Shown: positions 26,200 through 39,644 of the stretch, in pieces
Layout of the letters: the number at the start of each line of letters is the position of its first letter
Position numbering within the stretch: position 1 is the first letter of the stretch
Origin: Eledone cirrhosa
Taxonomy: Eukaryota
Reading direction: 5' to 3'
Assembly: GCA_964016885.1 (NCBI GenBank)
Contig: OZ024742.1
Coordinates: 367,102,001-367,166,000 of the forward strand
DNA length: 64,000 nucleotides
The notes under the pieces: model-generated
The model's database searches: none
What the model saw: only the letters and a program-made list of their open reading frames with translations
What the model was told of the DNA's origin: nothing
Position numbers and translations under genes: made by a program

Positions 26200-26891
26200 T
26201 ACACATACGTACACACACATACATATACACCCACATACACACATACACATACATACACACATACACATATACACACATACACACACATACATACCCATAT
26301 CTACACACACATACATACTCAAACCTTCACATATACATACCTACACACATACATACCCATATTACCCATATCTATACACACATACATACCCATATCTACA
26401 CACACATACATACTCAAACCTTCACATATACATACCTACACACATACATACCCATATTACCCATATCTACACACACATACATACCTACACACACACATAT
26501 AACTACACACATACATACCCATACATACCCATATCTACACACACATACATACCTACAGACACACACATACCTACACATTCATGCCCATACATACCCATAT
26601 CTACACACACATACATACCTACAGACACACACATACCTACACATTCATACCCATACATACCTATATCTACACACACATACATACCTACACACACACACAC
26701 ATACCTACACATACATACCCATATATACACATACACATACCTACAAATACATACATACACACATATACCCATACCTATATATATATAGGTATGGGTACTA
26801 AGAGTGGGAAATGAAATTTCGTTTCATTTTTGCCCTTTATATATATATATATATATATACATACCCATATATACACAAACACATACCTACA

Positions 26892-27950
26892 GTTCCATCA
26901 GTTGTCCACATGTAAACACCCCTCTGTAGTGAACAACACACCTTGTACGACGTTCCATCAGTTGCCCACATGTAAACACCCCTCTGTAGTGAACAACACA
27001 CCTTGTACGAAGTTCCATCAGTAGTCCACATGTAAACACCCCTCTGTAGTGACCAACACACCTTGTACGACGTTCCATCATTTGTCCACATGTAAACACC
27101 CCTCTGTAGTGACCAACACACCTTGTACGACGTTCCATCAGTTGTCCACATGTAAACACCCCTCTGTAGTGACCAACACACCTTGTACGAAGTTCCATCA
27201 GTAGTCCACATGTAAACACCCCTCTGTAGTGACCAACACACCTTGTACGACGTTCCATCACTTGTCCACATGTAAACACCCCTCTGTAGTGACCAACACA
27301 CCTTGTACGACGTTCCATCAGTTGTCCACATGTAAACACCCCTCTGTAGTGACCAACACACCTTGTACGACTTTCCATCAGTAGTCCACATGTAAACACC
27401 CCTCTGTAGTGAACAACACACCTTGTACGACGTTCCATCAGTTGTCCACATGTAAACACCCCTCTATAGTGACCAACACACCTTGTACGACGTTCCATCA
27501 GTTGTCCACATGTAAACACCCCTCTGTAGTGACCAACACCCCTTGTACGACGTTCCATCAGTTGTCCACATGTAAACACCCCTCTATAGTGACCAACACA
27601 CCTTGTACGACGTTCCATCAGTTGTCCACATGTAAACACCCCTCTGTAGTGACCAACACACCTTGTACGACGTTCCATCAGTAGTCCACATGTAAACACA
27701 CCTCTGTAGTGACCAACACACCTTGTACGACGTTCCATCAGTAGTCCACATGTAAACACCCCTCTGTAGTGACCAACACACCTTGTACGACGTTCCATCA
27801 GTTGTCCACATGTAAACACCCCTCTGTAGTGACCAACACACCTTGTACGACGTTCCATCAGTTGTCCACATGTAAACACCCCTCTGTAGTGACCAAAACA
27901 CCTTGTACGACGTTCCATCAGTTGTCCACATGTAAACACCACTCTGTAGT
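26892..27950. repeat. 60 bp minisatellite, ~17.5 units
   Basis: GTTCCATCAGTTGTCCACATGTAAACACCCCTCTGTAGTGACCAACACACCTTGTACGAC. Confidence 0.98.
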
Positions 27951-28278
27951 TGTGGCCGAGTGGTCAGTATGACAGTTGTGTGGCCGAGTGGTCAGTATGA
28001 CAGTCGTGTGGCCGAGCGGTCAGTATGACAGTTGTGTGGCCAACTGGTCAGTATGACAATTGTATGGCTGAGTGGTCAGTATGACAGTTGTGACCGAGTG
28101 GTCAGTATGACAGTTGTGTGGCTGAGTGGTCAGTATGACAGTTGTGTGGCCAAGTGGTCAGTATGACAGTTGTGTGGCCAAGAGGTCAGTATGACAGTTG
28201 TATGGCTGAGTGGTCAGTATGACCAAGTGGTCAGTATGACAGTTGTGACCGAGTGGTCAGTATGACAGGTGTGTGGCC
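27948..28278. repeat. 28 bp minisatellite, ~12 units
   Basis: GTTGTGTGGCCGAGTGGTCAGTATGACA. Confidence 0.95.
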
Positions 28279-28455
28279 GTGAAAGCTGAAAGTAGTGAAG
28301 ACAGGCTGGTTTATCTTCATTCAAGCCCTAACCTCCGGATGGTAGAGAAAGATGTGCTCGCCTCCATATTTCTCAAGCGTTGGGTGAAGACAGCGAACAT
28401 GACTAAAGTATATGAAGCTACTGTTGGGGTGAGGCCCTCACTGTTAGTGGCCAGC

Positions 28456-30640
28456 GTGGAGGTGGTATTGTGACGTCTTACAATAGGTCTGTACCAGGGT
28501 GGAGGTGGTATTGTGACATCTTAAAATAGGTCTGTACCAGGGTGGAGGTGGTATTGTGACATCTTAAAATAGGTCTGTACCAGGGTGGAGGTGGTATTGT
28601 GACATCTTACAATAGGTCTGTACCAGGGTGGAGGTGGTATTGTGACATCTTACACTAGTTCTGTACCAGGGTGGAGGTGGTATTGTGACGTCTTACAATA
28701 GGTCTGTACCAGGGTGGAGGTGGTATTGTGACGTCTTAAAATAGGTCTGTACCAGGGTGGAGGTGGTATTGTGACATCTTACAATAGGTCTGTACCAGGG
28801 TGGAGGCGGTATTGTGACGTCTTACAATAGGTCTGTACCAGGGTGGAGGTGGTATTGTGACATCTTACAATAGATCTGTACCAGGGTGGAGGTGGTATTG
28901 TGACATCTTACAATAGGTCTGTACCAGGGTGGAGGTGGTATTGTGACGTCTTACAATAGGTCTGTACCAGGGTGGAGGTGGTATTGTGACATCTTACAAT
29001 AGGTCTGTACCAGGGTGGAGGTGGTATTGTGACATCTTAAAATAGGTCTGTACCAGGGTGGAGGTGGTATTGTGACGTCTTACAATAGGTCTGTACCAGG
29101 GTGGAGGTGGTATTGTGACATCTTACGATAGGTCTGTACCAGGGTGGAGGTGGTATTGTGACGTCTTACAATAGGTCTGTACCAGGGTGGAGGTGGTATT
29201 GTGACGTCTTACAATAGGTCTGTACCAGGGTGGAGGTGGTATTGTGACGTCTTACAATGGATCTGTACCAGGGTGGAGGTGGTATTGTGACGTTTTACAA
29301 TGGATCTGTACCAGGGTGGAGGTGGTATTGTGACGTCTTACAATGGATCTGTACCAGGTTGGAGGTGGTATTGTGACGTCTTACAATAGGTCTGTACCAG
29401 GGTGGAGGTGGTATTGTGACGTCTTACAATAGGTCTGTACCAGGGTGGAGGTGGTATTGTGACGTCTTACAATGGATCTGTACCAGGTTGGAGGTGGTAT
29501 TGTGACGTTTTACAATAGGTCTGTACCAGGGTGGAGGTGGTATTCTGACGTCTTACAATAGGTCTGTACCAGGGTGGAGGTGGCATTGTGACGTCTTACA
29601 ATGGATCTGTACCAGGGTGGAGGTGGTATTGTGACGTCTTACAATGGATCTGTACCAGGTTGGAGGTGATATTGTGACGTCTTACAATAGGTCTGTACCA
29701 GGGTGGAGGTGGTATTGTGACGTCTTACAATAGGTCTGTACCAGGGTGGAGGTGGTATTGTGACGTCTTACAATGGATCTGTACCAGGTTGGAGGTGGTA
29801 TTGTGACGTTTTACAATAGGTCTGTACCAGGGTGGAGGTGGTATTGTGACGTCTTACAATAGGTCTGTACCAGGGTGGAGGTGGCATTGTGACGTCTTAC
29901 AATGGATCTGTACCAGGGTGGAGGTGGTATTGTGACGTCTTACAATGGATCTGTACCAGGTTGGAGGTGGTATTGTGACGTCTTACAATAGGTCTGTACC
30001 AGGGTGGAGGTGGTATTGTGACGTCTTACAATAGGTCTGTACCAGGGTGGAGGTGGTATTGTGATATCTTACACTAGGTCCGTACCAGGGTGGAGGTGGT
30101 ATTGTGACATCTTACAATAGGTCTGTACCAGGGTGGAGGTGGTACTGTGACGTCTTACAATAGGTCTGTACCAGGGTGGAGGTGGTACTGTGACGTTTTA
30201 CAATAGGTCTGTACCAGGGTGGAGGTGGTATTGTGACATCTTACACTAGGTCTGTACCAGGGTGGAGGTGGTATTGTGACGTCTTACAATAGATATGTAC
30301 CAGGGTGGAGGTGGTATTGTGACGTTTTACAATAGGTCTGTACCAGGGTGGAGGTGGTATTGTGACGTCTTACAATAGGTCTGTACCAGGGTGGAGGTGG
30401 TATTGTGACGTCTTACAATAGGTCTGTACCAGGGTGGAAGTGGTATTGTGACGTCTTACAATAGGTCTGTACCAGGGTGGAGGTGGTATTGTGACGTTTT
30501 ACAATAGGTCTGTACCAGGGTGGAAGTGGTATTGTGACGTCTTACAATAGGTCTGTACCAGGGTGCAGGTGGTATTGTGACGTTTTACAATAGGTCTGTA
30601 CCAGGGTGGAGGTGGTATTGTGACATCTTACACTAGGTCT
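28456..30640. repeat. 43 bp minisatellite, ~50 units
   Basis: GGTGGAGGTGGTATTGTGACGTCTTACAATAGGTCTGTACCAG. Confidence 0.98.
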
Positions 30641-30646
30641 TAGATA

Positions 30647-31518
<872 letters not shown>

Positions 31519-31848
31519 TGTTACAATTGCTAAAATTAAGTCAACACAATTTTTGCAAAGTTTTCTCTTTTACTCTTTTATATAAAATATTGGTTGTCTT
31601 CCTTTTATTCTATCTAACTGTATCTTCTCTCTCTCTCTCTCTCCCCCTCTCTAGCTATCTCCCCCCCTCTCCCTCCCTCTCTATATGTCTCGGTCTTATT
31701 CTTTCACTTCTTCCTCTCCACCATCTCAACTGAATGTTTGATGTAACATTGCAAGGAATGCACTCATTCAATCCTCACATTATTGATAATACTTTATAAC
31801 CCTCTCTCTTTCTTTCTCATCTTCTCACTTTCTCTCTCTCACTCCCCC

Positions 31849-31910
<62 letters not shown>

Positions 31911-31992
31911 AGCTTTCTCTATCTACATATATGTCTACCTATCAATCTATTTATCTATTTATCTATCTAACTATTTGTCTGCCTGTATATCT

Positions 31993-32108
<116 letters not shown>

Positions 32109-32501
32109 ATGTGTGTGTGTGTGTGTGTGTGTGTTCCATCATTGAATCTACACGCACAGGAATTAACAATACTTGGTTAACAATAAAGAAATTATAAACT
32201 TCTGTGTGCGTGCGTGAGAGAGTGTTTTTCCCTCTCTATTCTCTCTGCGTGTGTATATATATATATATGTATATATAAACATACACGCCCGTATAGCAGT
32301 ATCTAACACACAAGCTATCATCCTTCAATAGTCACCATTAGTGAACTCCAAACAGAAGGCGGCATCTTATTCACAGAGACAGAAATAAACAGTCAGGATA
32401 ATCGCAGAGAATGTTTTACTTTCCTCGGGGTTAACTAAGTACGAGACATAACAGAGAGAAAACACAGACACGAGTGTATATACCTCTACATACATACACA
32501 T

Positions 32502-32557
<56 letters not shown>

Positions 32558-32809
32558 TGTGTGTGTGTGTGTGTTTGTGTTTGTCTGTGTAGATTGAAGC
32601 TGTGGTATATTGCTTAAAACGTCGATCATGTTTGAAATGGATTGGTAGGAGAGTCTGTTTACGTTAGAGAGAGAGAGAGTGAGAGAGAGTGGGTGAGAGG
32701 GTGAGAGAGAGAGTGAGAGGGTGAGAGAGACATAGAGGGAGGGGGAGAGTGGGTGATAAGGGTGGGTGGGGTGAGAGAGCGAGAGAGAGAGAGGAGAAGA
32801 GAGAGTCTT

Positions 32810-32846
<37 letters not shown>

Positions 32847-33154
32847 TCTTAGAGAGAGAGAGGAGGAGAGAGAGTCTTAGAGAGAGAGAGAGAGAGAGAG
32901 GGGAGAGAGAGGAGGAGAGAGAGGAGGAGAGAGAGAGAGGAGGAGAGAGAGGAGGAGAGAGAGGAGGAGAGAGAATGAGTGAGAGAGACAGAGAGAGAGA
33001 GGGAGAGAGAGAGTGAGCGTCTTAGGGAGAGAGAGTGAGAGAGAGAGAGAGGGAGAGCGAGAGAGAGAGGGAGAGAGAGAGAGTGAGTGAGAGAGAGAGA
33101 CACACACACACAGAGAGGGAGAGCGAGAGAGAGAGAGTGTGTGTGAGAGAGAGT

Positions 33155-33371
33155 GTATACTGATTAATGTTCACAGCCATCCTCAGCATTCTCGTGTAGA
33201 AAGCCTGGGCGGCGTACCACAGCTTGAGTTCGGTGTGGGAGTCGGACCTTCGTAAAGACCTGAAAATCCGCCTCTTCATTGCTGTAGTGGAGTCTGTGCT
33301 GCTGTACGGGTCTGAGACTTGGACTTGACCCCGAAACTCACTCAGATGGTGGATGGGTGCTACACGAGAAT
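33155..33371 (+). pseudogene. RTE-type LINE RT fragment with an inverted downstream segment
   Basis: AWAAYHSLSSVWESDLRKDLKIRLFIAVVESVLLYGSETWT..DGCYTR on plus; the continuation YTRMLRMAVNI lies on minus at 33160-33199. Confidence 0.8.
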
Positions 33372-33493
33372 ATATATATATATGTATGTATATATATATG
33401 TATGTATATTAAAACTCTACTTCGGTATTGACGACTCTTTTCTATCAGCCGTCAACAATATATGGTTATATACCTATACATACATATATACTT

Positions 33494-33543
<50 letters not shown>

Positions 33544-33953
33544 CATATATATCTATATATATAAATCTGAGGATGTGTGTGTTAAGGTTTGTAACGTATG
33601 CACGTCCACAATTTCCAACGGATTTTATTCAACGTCGGGACAATTATTGAATTTGGTCTGGGAAAGGTCATGAGGTAAAAGAATTTTAAATCCATCAACA
33701 ATAAGGGCAAAAATTGATCATGATCATTCCCCCTCTCTATAATTTAACTGCTTTAGTCTCTCTGTCGCTCTTCACTCCCTATATGACAACACTGCAGTGG
33801 AGTGTACGTATTGAGCGTTCCATGTTGAGCGTTCCGTATTGACATACGGCTTATCTGGGGCATTTTCAATCGGCTTATTGCAAATAACAACCCGCAAAAT
33901 AACACTTCATATAACAGATTAATGCTATAGACATATGAATCGGAATGTAACTC

Positions 33954-35209
33954 GTGAACTTTTTCCTGGGCAAAATTATTCGAAGACATGACCTCATTGC
34001 CAGAGTGTTCAGACTGAGACTGGCTAAACTCATGGCTTTAATCAAAGAGGGTCAGGTATTTGGGGCTGTAAAATGTGACATGTTCACCGTCGAATGGCAA
34101 AAACGAGGGTTGCCAAATGCTTACATTTTGATTTGGTTAGCTGATAAAATCAATTCAAATGCCATGGACAGTTTTATTTCGGCTGAAATCCCTAACCCAG
34201 CAACTGACCAGGAATTACATGACATCGTCAAAGCTAACATGGTCCGTGTGTGTCGGGTCCTAATGAGCATCACACGTGTCTGAAAGGGGGGTCGTGCAGT
34301 AAGGGATACCCAAAACAATTTGTTGACCAGACTCAGACTGGTGGCGACGGGTACCCCCTGTACAGGCGGAGACGGCCCGAGAACGGTGGCTTCACCACAA
34401 CAGTAAAGGGAGGTCAAGTCGACAATAGATGGGTAGTCCCTTACTGCCCTCTTCTCTTGAAGATGTTCAACGCCCTCATCAACGTTGAGTTTTGCAACTC
34501 CGTCAAGTCGATAAAATACATATGCAAATATGTAAATAAGGGCTCTGATGCCGCAATGTTCGCATTTCAAGCTGAAAATAGCAGGGACGAGGTCACAGAA
34601 TACCTGGCGGAGCGGTACATCAGTAGCAATGAAGCTTTTTGGCGCCTATTTGGTTTACGCCTACACCAATGGAACCCCGCCATCGTACAGCTTGCGGTAC
34701 ATTTGGAAAATGGGCAAAAGGTTTACTTTACGGACCAAACCGCCGCCAAGTTGGCCGCCGATCCGAAAGAGACCACTCTGACGGGTTTCTTCAAACTTTG
34801 CCAGTTCGATACATTTGCGCAAACAACTGTGTACCCCCCAGCATCCTACTTTATATGGTCGAAAAACACTTGAGTGCGAAGAAAGTCAAGTCAGGCTGTT
34901 GAAAGACATCCTGGTGTAAAATTTGACAGCTGTCTTGGAAGGGTTTACACCGTGCTCCCAAGTCAGCATGAGTGCTTTCATCTCCGCCTTCTTCTGCATG
35001 AAGTTGTAGGCCCACAAAGTTTTCAGGACCTCAAAGCTGTTGATGGAGAAATATGTGATACGTACCGGGAAGCCTAGTCTTTTGGAAGATGATTCTCAAT
35101 GGGATTCCACTTTAGCAAAGGGTGCTTTGTTGAAATCACCTAAAGGTCTATGGGAACTCTTTGCCATTTTGCTTCAAAAGTGTGAATATGGGTCAAGTAC
35201 AGGGACTTC
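33954..35209 (+). pseudogene. Helitron Rep (HUH/Y2) domain, frameshifted and N-terminally truncated
   Basis: RHDLIARVF, VEWQKRGLPNAYILIW (HUH motif with both His lost), YPLYRRR, DNRWVVPY, KYICKYVNKG, LAVHLENGQ. Confidence 0.9.
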
Positions 35210-36829
35210 ATGTCTGAGGACTTCCTGCGCCTGGCTCATCTGCAGTATCCTTCAGTGGAAGTTGGTTACAGTGACATTATCTACAACAGGGCACTCATTG
35301 ATATCGAGGACGCCCTCCTCGACATGGGTGGGAGTGAGTTGGTGACGTATGGCTTGCCGTCAACCGTCAGAGAGGAAGCTAACACGTTGGCCCCGGATTT
35401 GTTGCGGGAAACAGCATATGACATCGAATCTTTTTCCCAATACTTAGAGGGAAATGAGCCCAAACTTCTGTCGGACCAAAGGTTGGCCTATTTAACTATC
35501 ATTGACGCGGTTCAAAATCAGACTGGGGGTATTTACTTTCTCGATGCTCCTGGGGGTACCGGAAAAACTTATGTAACGAAATTGATTCTCGCTAAGATTC
35601 GTCAGGAGAAAGAAATTGCGTTGGCCGTTGCATCGTCCGGGATCGCTGCTACTTTGCTGCCGGGAGGCATGACAGCACATTCAACCTTTAAACTCCCCTT
35701 GGATTTAGTAAAAACTGAGACACCAACGTGCAATATCAGCAAGAGTTCACACGAAGCTCTGGTTCTCAAAAAATGTTGCCTCATTGTTTGGGATGAGTGC
35801 ACAATGGCACACAAGGGTGCCCTTGAGGTATTGGACATGACCCTGAAAGACATTAGGGATTCTACAGCTCCTATGGGTGGCGTAACCCATCTGCTATCAG
35901 GGTATTTTCGGCAAACGCTGCCTGTCATCCCCAAAGGGACAAGAGCTGATGAGGTGCGTGCCTGCCTTAAGTCGTACATGTTGTGGCTCCAGGTCAAGAG
36001 TTTGTACCTGAGCACAAATATGCGTGCTCATTTGCATGGTGACAAAATGTCTGCAGCATTTGCTCAGAACACTTTAGTACTTGGTGAGGGCAAGGTCTCT
36101 GCGGATGACAAGGGCGGCAGAGCAATCGACTCCCTGTGCAACATTGTGAGCAGCCCTTCTGACCTTTGGGATGCAGTTTTTCCTAATGTCTCATCTAACT
36201 TTAAAAACCTCGATTGGCTCAGCGAAAGAGCCATCCTTGCTCCGAAAAATACCATGGTTAATTTTATTAAGGAGCAGCTGATTGAGAATATTCCGGGTAA
36301 AGAGCACATCTTCAAATCTATCGACCGGACGTCAGACCTCGACGATATCGTTAATTATCCGGTTGAGTTATTAAATTCCCTTGAGCCCCCAGGGCTCTCA
36401 CCTCACATTCTTAAGCTTAGGGTTGGCTGTCCCATTATGCTAATAAGGAACTTGCATCCACCAAAGCAGTGCAACGGTACTCGCATGGTCATTAAGTCAC
36501 TGACGCCCCACTTGATTGAGGTCACCATTGTAACGGGGTGCGGGAGAGGGGAGAATGTTTTCATTCCAAGGATGAACCTTTTCCCCTCGGCGTCAGATAT
36601 CCCGTTCGATTTCCGGCGATCCCAATTCCCGGTGAGACCATGTTTTGCTATGTCCATTAACAAGTCCCAAGGGCAAACATTGTCGGTGGCGGGCATCCAT
36701 TTGGGGGAGCCAAGCTTCTCCCATGGCCAACTTTATGTTGCCTGTTCCCGCGTAGGGAGGAGGAATGGACTTTTTTCTTACACTCCTCAAGGGATGACAC
36801 GCAATATCTTCTACAAAGAGGTGCTATAG
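35210..36829 (+). CDS. Helitron PIF1-family helicase domain (open 539 aa remnant)
   Basis: DAPGGTGKT, VASSGIAATLL, WDEC, GYFRQTLPV, CNGTR, QFPV, AMSINKSQGQT, HGQLYVACSRV. Confidence 0.92.
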   Translation: MSEDFLRLAHLQYPSVEVGYSDIIYNRALIDIEDALLDMGGSELVTYGLPSTVREEANTLAPDLLRETAYDIESFSQYLEGNEPKLLSDQRLAYLTIIDAVQNQTGGIYFLDAPGGTGKTYVTKLILAKIRQEKEIALAVASSGIAATLLPGGMTAHSTFKLPLDLVKTETPTCNISKSSHEALVLKKCCLIVWDECTMAHKGALEVLDMTLKDIRDSTAPMGGVTHLLSGYFRQTLPVIPKGTRADEVRACLKSYMLWLQVKSLYLSTNMRAHLHGDKMSAAFAQNTLVLGEGKVSADDKGGRAIDSLCNIVSSPSDLWDAVFPNVSSNFKNLDWLSERAILAPKNTMVNFIKEQLIENIPGKEHIFKSIDRTSDLDDIVNYPVELLNSLEPPGLSPHILKLRVGCPIMLIRNLHPPKQCNGTRMVIKSLTPHLIEVTIVTGCGRGENVFIPRMNLFPSASDIPFDFRRSQFPVRPCFAMSINKSQGQTLSVAGIHLGEPSFSHGQLYVACSRVGRRNGLFSYTPQGMTRNIFYKEVL

Positions 36830-37261
36830 ATGTTGGTGCAGGTGTTGGAGGTGTTGGAGCTATGCCGTCTGGAAAACTATTTCCTGGTAGGGTCACCCAT
36901 GGCGGACAGATCTGACACCCAGTGGCATCAGGGCCACCATCTTACAACTTTGGTCTACTAAATTTGCTATTGGAAGATTATTAACCCATCATTATTTTTG
37001 TCCAAAATGCTAATTGGTTCGTAACTTTTAATAACCGGTTCAACTGCTTTATGCATTTAAATGATAAGTTTATTTGCTTTCAAGCCACGTTTGCCTGTAT
37101 GTAACTTTTCATAGCAAATGAACAAATCCGAGCAACGTCGGGCTAAACTGCTAGTATATATAATGGCTGACTAAACACACGCCTATCCCTCTCCCCACTC
37201 TTTTATGTATTTTGTGTGTTGTAATGAGTATGGCTAACTATTGGATAAACGGTGTGTAAAA

Positions 37262-37376
37262 CGCGGAGCTCAGCCGTCGGGGCCCTGACTCTTTCCCTAT
37301 TACCCACTCTATTACCCTAAGTATCGAGTACTCTGGTGCGTTATGGTCCACCTGGTTTATTACCACACTTTCTTCG

Positions 37377-37378
<2 letters not shown>
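37262..37378. mobile_element. Family A copy 6, long arm only
   Basis: GAGCTCAGCCGTCGGGGCCCTGACT..TTCTTCGT then TA. Confidence 0.8.
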
Positions 37379-37439
<61 letters not shown>

Positions 37440-38117
37440 TACATACATACACATATATGTTTATGGGCGTGTATGGGTTAGTTAGGTATGTAACTACAGT
37501 TACAGGCGGCACGCCGTTCAAAGCACTCAGAGCTGTTTCGAGGTATGTTTGGGTTGTATTCCAGTATTGCGGCTGTTCTGTGCAGAGTGTAAATAGGTTT
37601 AGTAGAATTGAAGTCAGTGTTGCAGCATTTATACAAACTTTATTGACATATGACAATTGTTTCGATATCGATCAGCTCAGGATACAATCAAGATGACAAG
37701 ACTCGACTTTTTTCCGACATCTCATCAGTTATGCGAGTTTATATGTACAAAGACACGGAATGTTCCACTATTTCTTCTGATAAGAGATATTGTGTTTATT
37801 CTTATTATTTTTCGAACTTGGTAAACTTTGTTCCTTCTCACATTTCCTAAAGAAATGTAGTTATATGTATCATGTACAGTGTTAATAATTGTTAATTAGT
37901 TATTTTTTATTGTTTCTTATGCATGTAGTATTGTCACCGCTATTGAAACGGACGTAGAAATTAAAGAATGGATTTATGTGGTTAACCTTGGTCTTTCTTC
38001 ATTTTAAATAAATACGTAAACAAGACCGTTATTGATCCAACCTGTCCGTTCACCATCGAGAACTACCCTCAATATACATACACTACACATTTATACACTA
38101 TATATATATATATATAT

Positions 38118-38165
<48 letters not shown>

Positions 38166-38589
38166 AAACAAACAGGTAGGACCGTCAAACCCAGAAAAAG
38201 CAATCATCGAATATAACATTCATTAAAAGTGTGTGTTAGTATAACGAAGCATAGCATTCCGTGGAGAACCTGACTCAAATGTCCCAGCCCCAACCCATGC
38301 AAGTATTGAGAATTGGACGAAAGAAATAATTGATGTAGTAAACACAAATATTCGGGATTAAAGTCTAAAATTCAAACAATTCTTCTAAAAATAATTAATC
38401 TATGATGTGTTATTAAATTTTGGTTTACAAAATGTTATTAAATTCTGGTTATAAATAAATATAAATATTTACTTAATATCTGAACACTGTAAATTATTTG
38501 ATATCAACAAATTGAATTTCGGACAAAAAATCTGAAAACCTTTGCAGGTGTTTCCTCTTTGGATACGATTGAGGTACATGTACGAACAT

Positions 38590-38894
<305 letters not shown>

Positions 38895-39055
38895 TTTAAT
38901 ATAGACATGGCTTCTACTGAACTAGAACTGTGTCATTCGTATAAAATCACAAGGAATGGACATACTTGATGATATATTACGAATGAAACAGTGCTTAATC
39001 CGGGGCAATTCTTTCCTATATGTATATATATATATAATATATATATATAAATATA

Positions 39056-39279
39056 TAGGAAATTGTTCAAGACCTCGACGGCAGAGCTCAAGCCGTTTCG
39101 ACGGCTATTTCTGGACTTGAAATAGCTATCCAGAAATAGCCGTCCAGAAATAACTGTCGAAACGGCTTGAGCTCTGCCGTCGAGGTCTTGAACAATTTCC
39201 TATTACCCACTCTACTACTCTAAGTATTGAGTACTCTGGTGCGTTATGGTCCACCTGGTTCCTTACCACCCTTCCTTCG

Positions 39280-39281
<2 letters not shown>
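39056..39281. mobile_element. Fold-back family A, copy 7
   Basis: Arms AAATTGTTCAAGACCTCG / CGAGGTCTTGAACAATTT; centre has repeated CCAGAAATAGC. Confidence 0.9.
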
Positions 39282-39329
<48 letters not shown>

Positions 39330-39333
<4 letters not shown>

Positions 39334-39480
39334 GATGTTTATAGCATGTACAAAAAAACTGATGTTTAGCTAGCTTTCTCCGTTTTCAGATTATTCAAAA
39401 ACATTTCTTTTTAAGTTTGCCTTTACCTTCAGAATGTTGCAGGCTGATTTCAGTTTTTTGTACATGTTATAAACATCCCT

Positions 39481-39481
<1 letters not shown>
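39330..39481. mobile_element. 152 bp insert in (TA)n with ~33 bp terminal inverted repeats
   Basis: AAGGGATGTTTATAGCATGTACAAAAAAACTGA / TCAGTTTTTTGTACATGTTATAAACATCCCTT. Confidence 0.8.
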
Positions 39482-39513
<32 letters not shown>

Positions 39514-39644
39514 GTGAGGTTTTTTTTACAAAATGAAAAATAACCGAGGTGTCCTACACGAGTGGAAGTATAAAGAAAAAGGGATGAAATCGAAAATGCA
39601 ACTGAAGTCTTATTTTTTTTTTAAATATATATATTTATTTGGTT

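Larger units (their letters stand above)
33552..37154 (+). mobile_element. Helitron, internally deleted RepHel copy
   Basis: 5' TCTATATATATAAA; 3' hairpin CCGAGCAACGTCGG then CTAG; inserted between A and T. Confidence 0.88.

Noticed and set aside
18379-26788. Long ORFs up to 1143 aa (YTGMCVDES repeats)
   Set aside because: Product of a 27 bp stop-poor unit; open on both strands, with scattered frameshifts and stops, and no unique domain
26892-30640. CRISPR-like array
   Set aside because: Units are head-to-tail with no unique spacers, there are no cas genes, and the context is eukaryotic
35210-36829. Host PIF1 gene
   Set aside because: Intronless, downstream of Rep remnants and enclosed by Helitron termini
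37700-37735. Hammerhead-like CTGATGA..GTCGAGTC on minus
   Set aside because: Stem III and core spacing too degraded to call; a similar weak case lies at ~4168-4202
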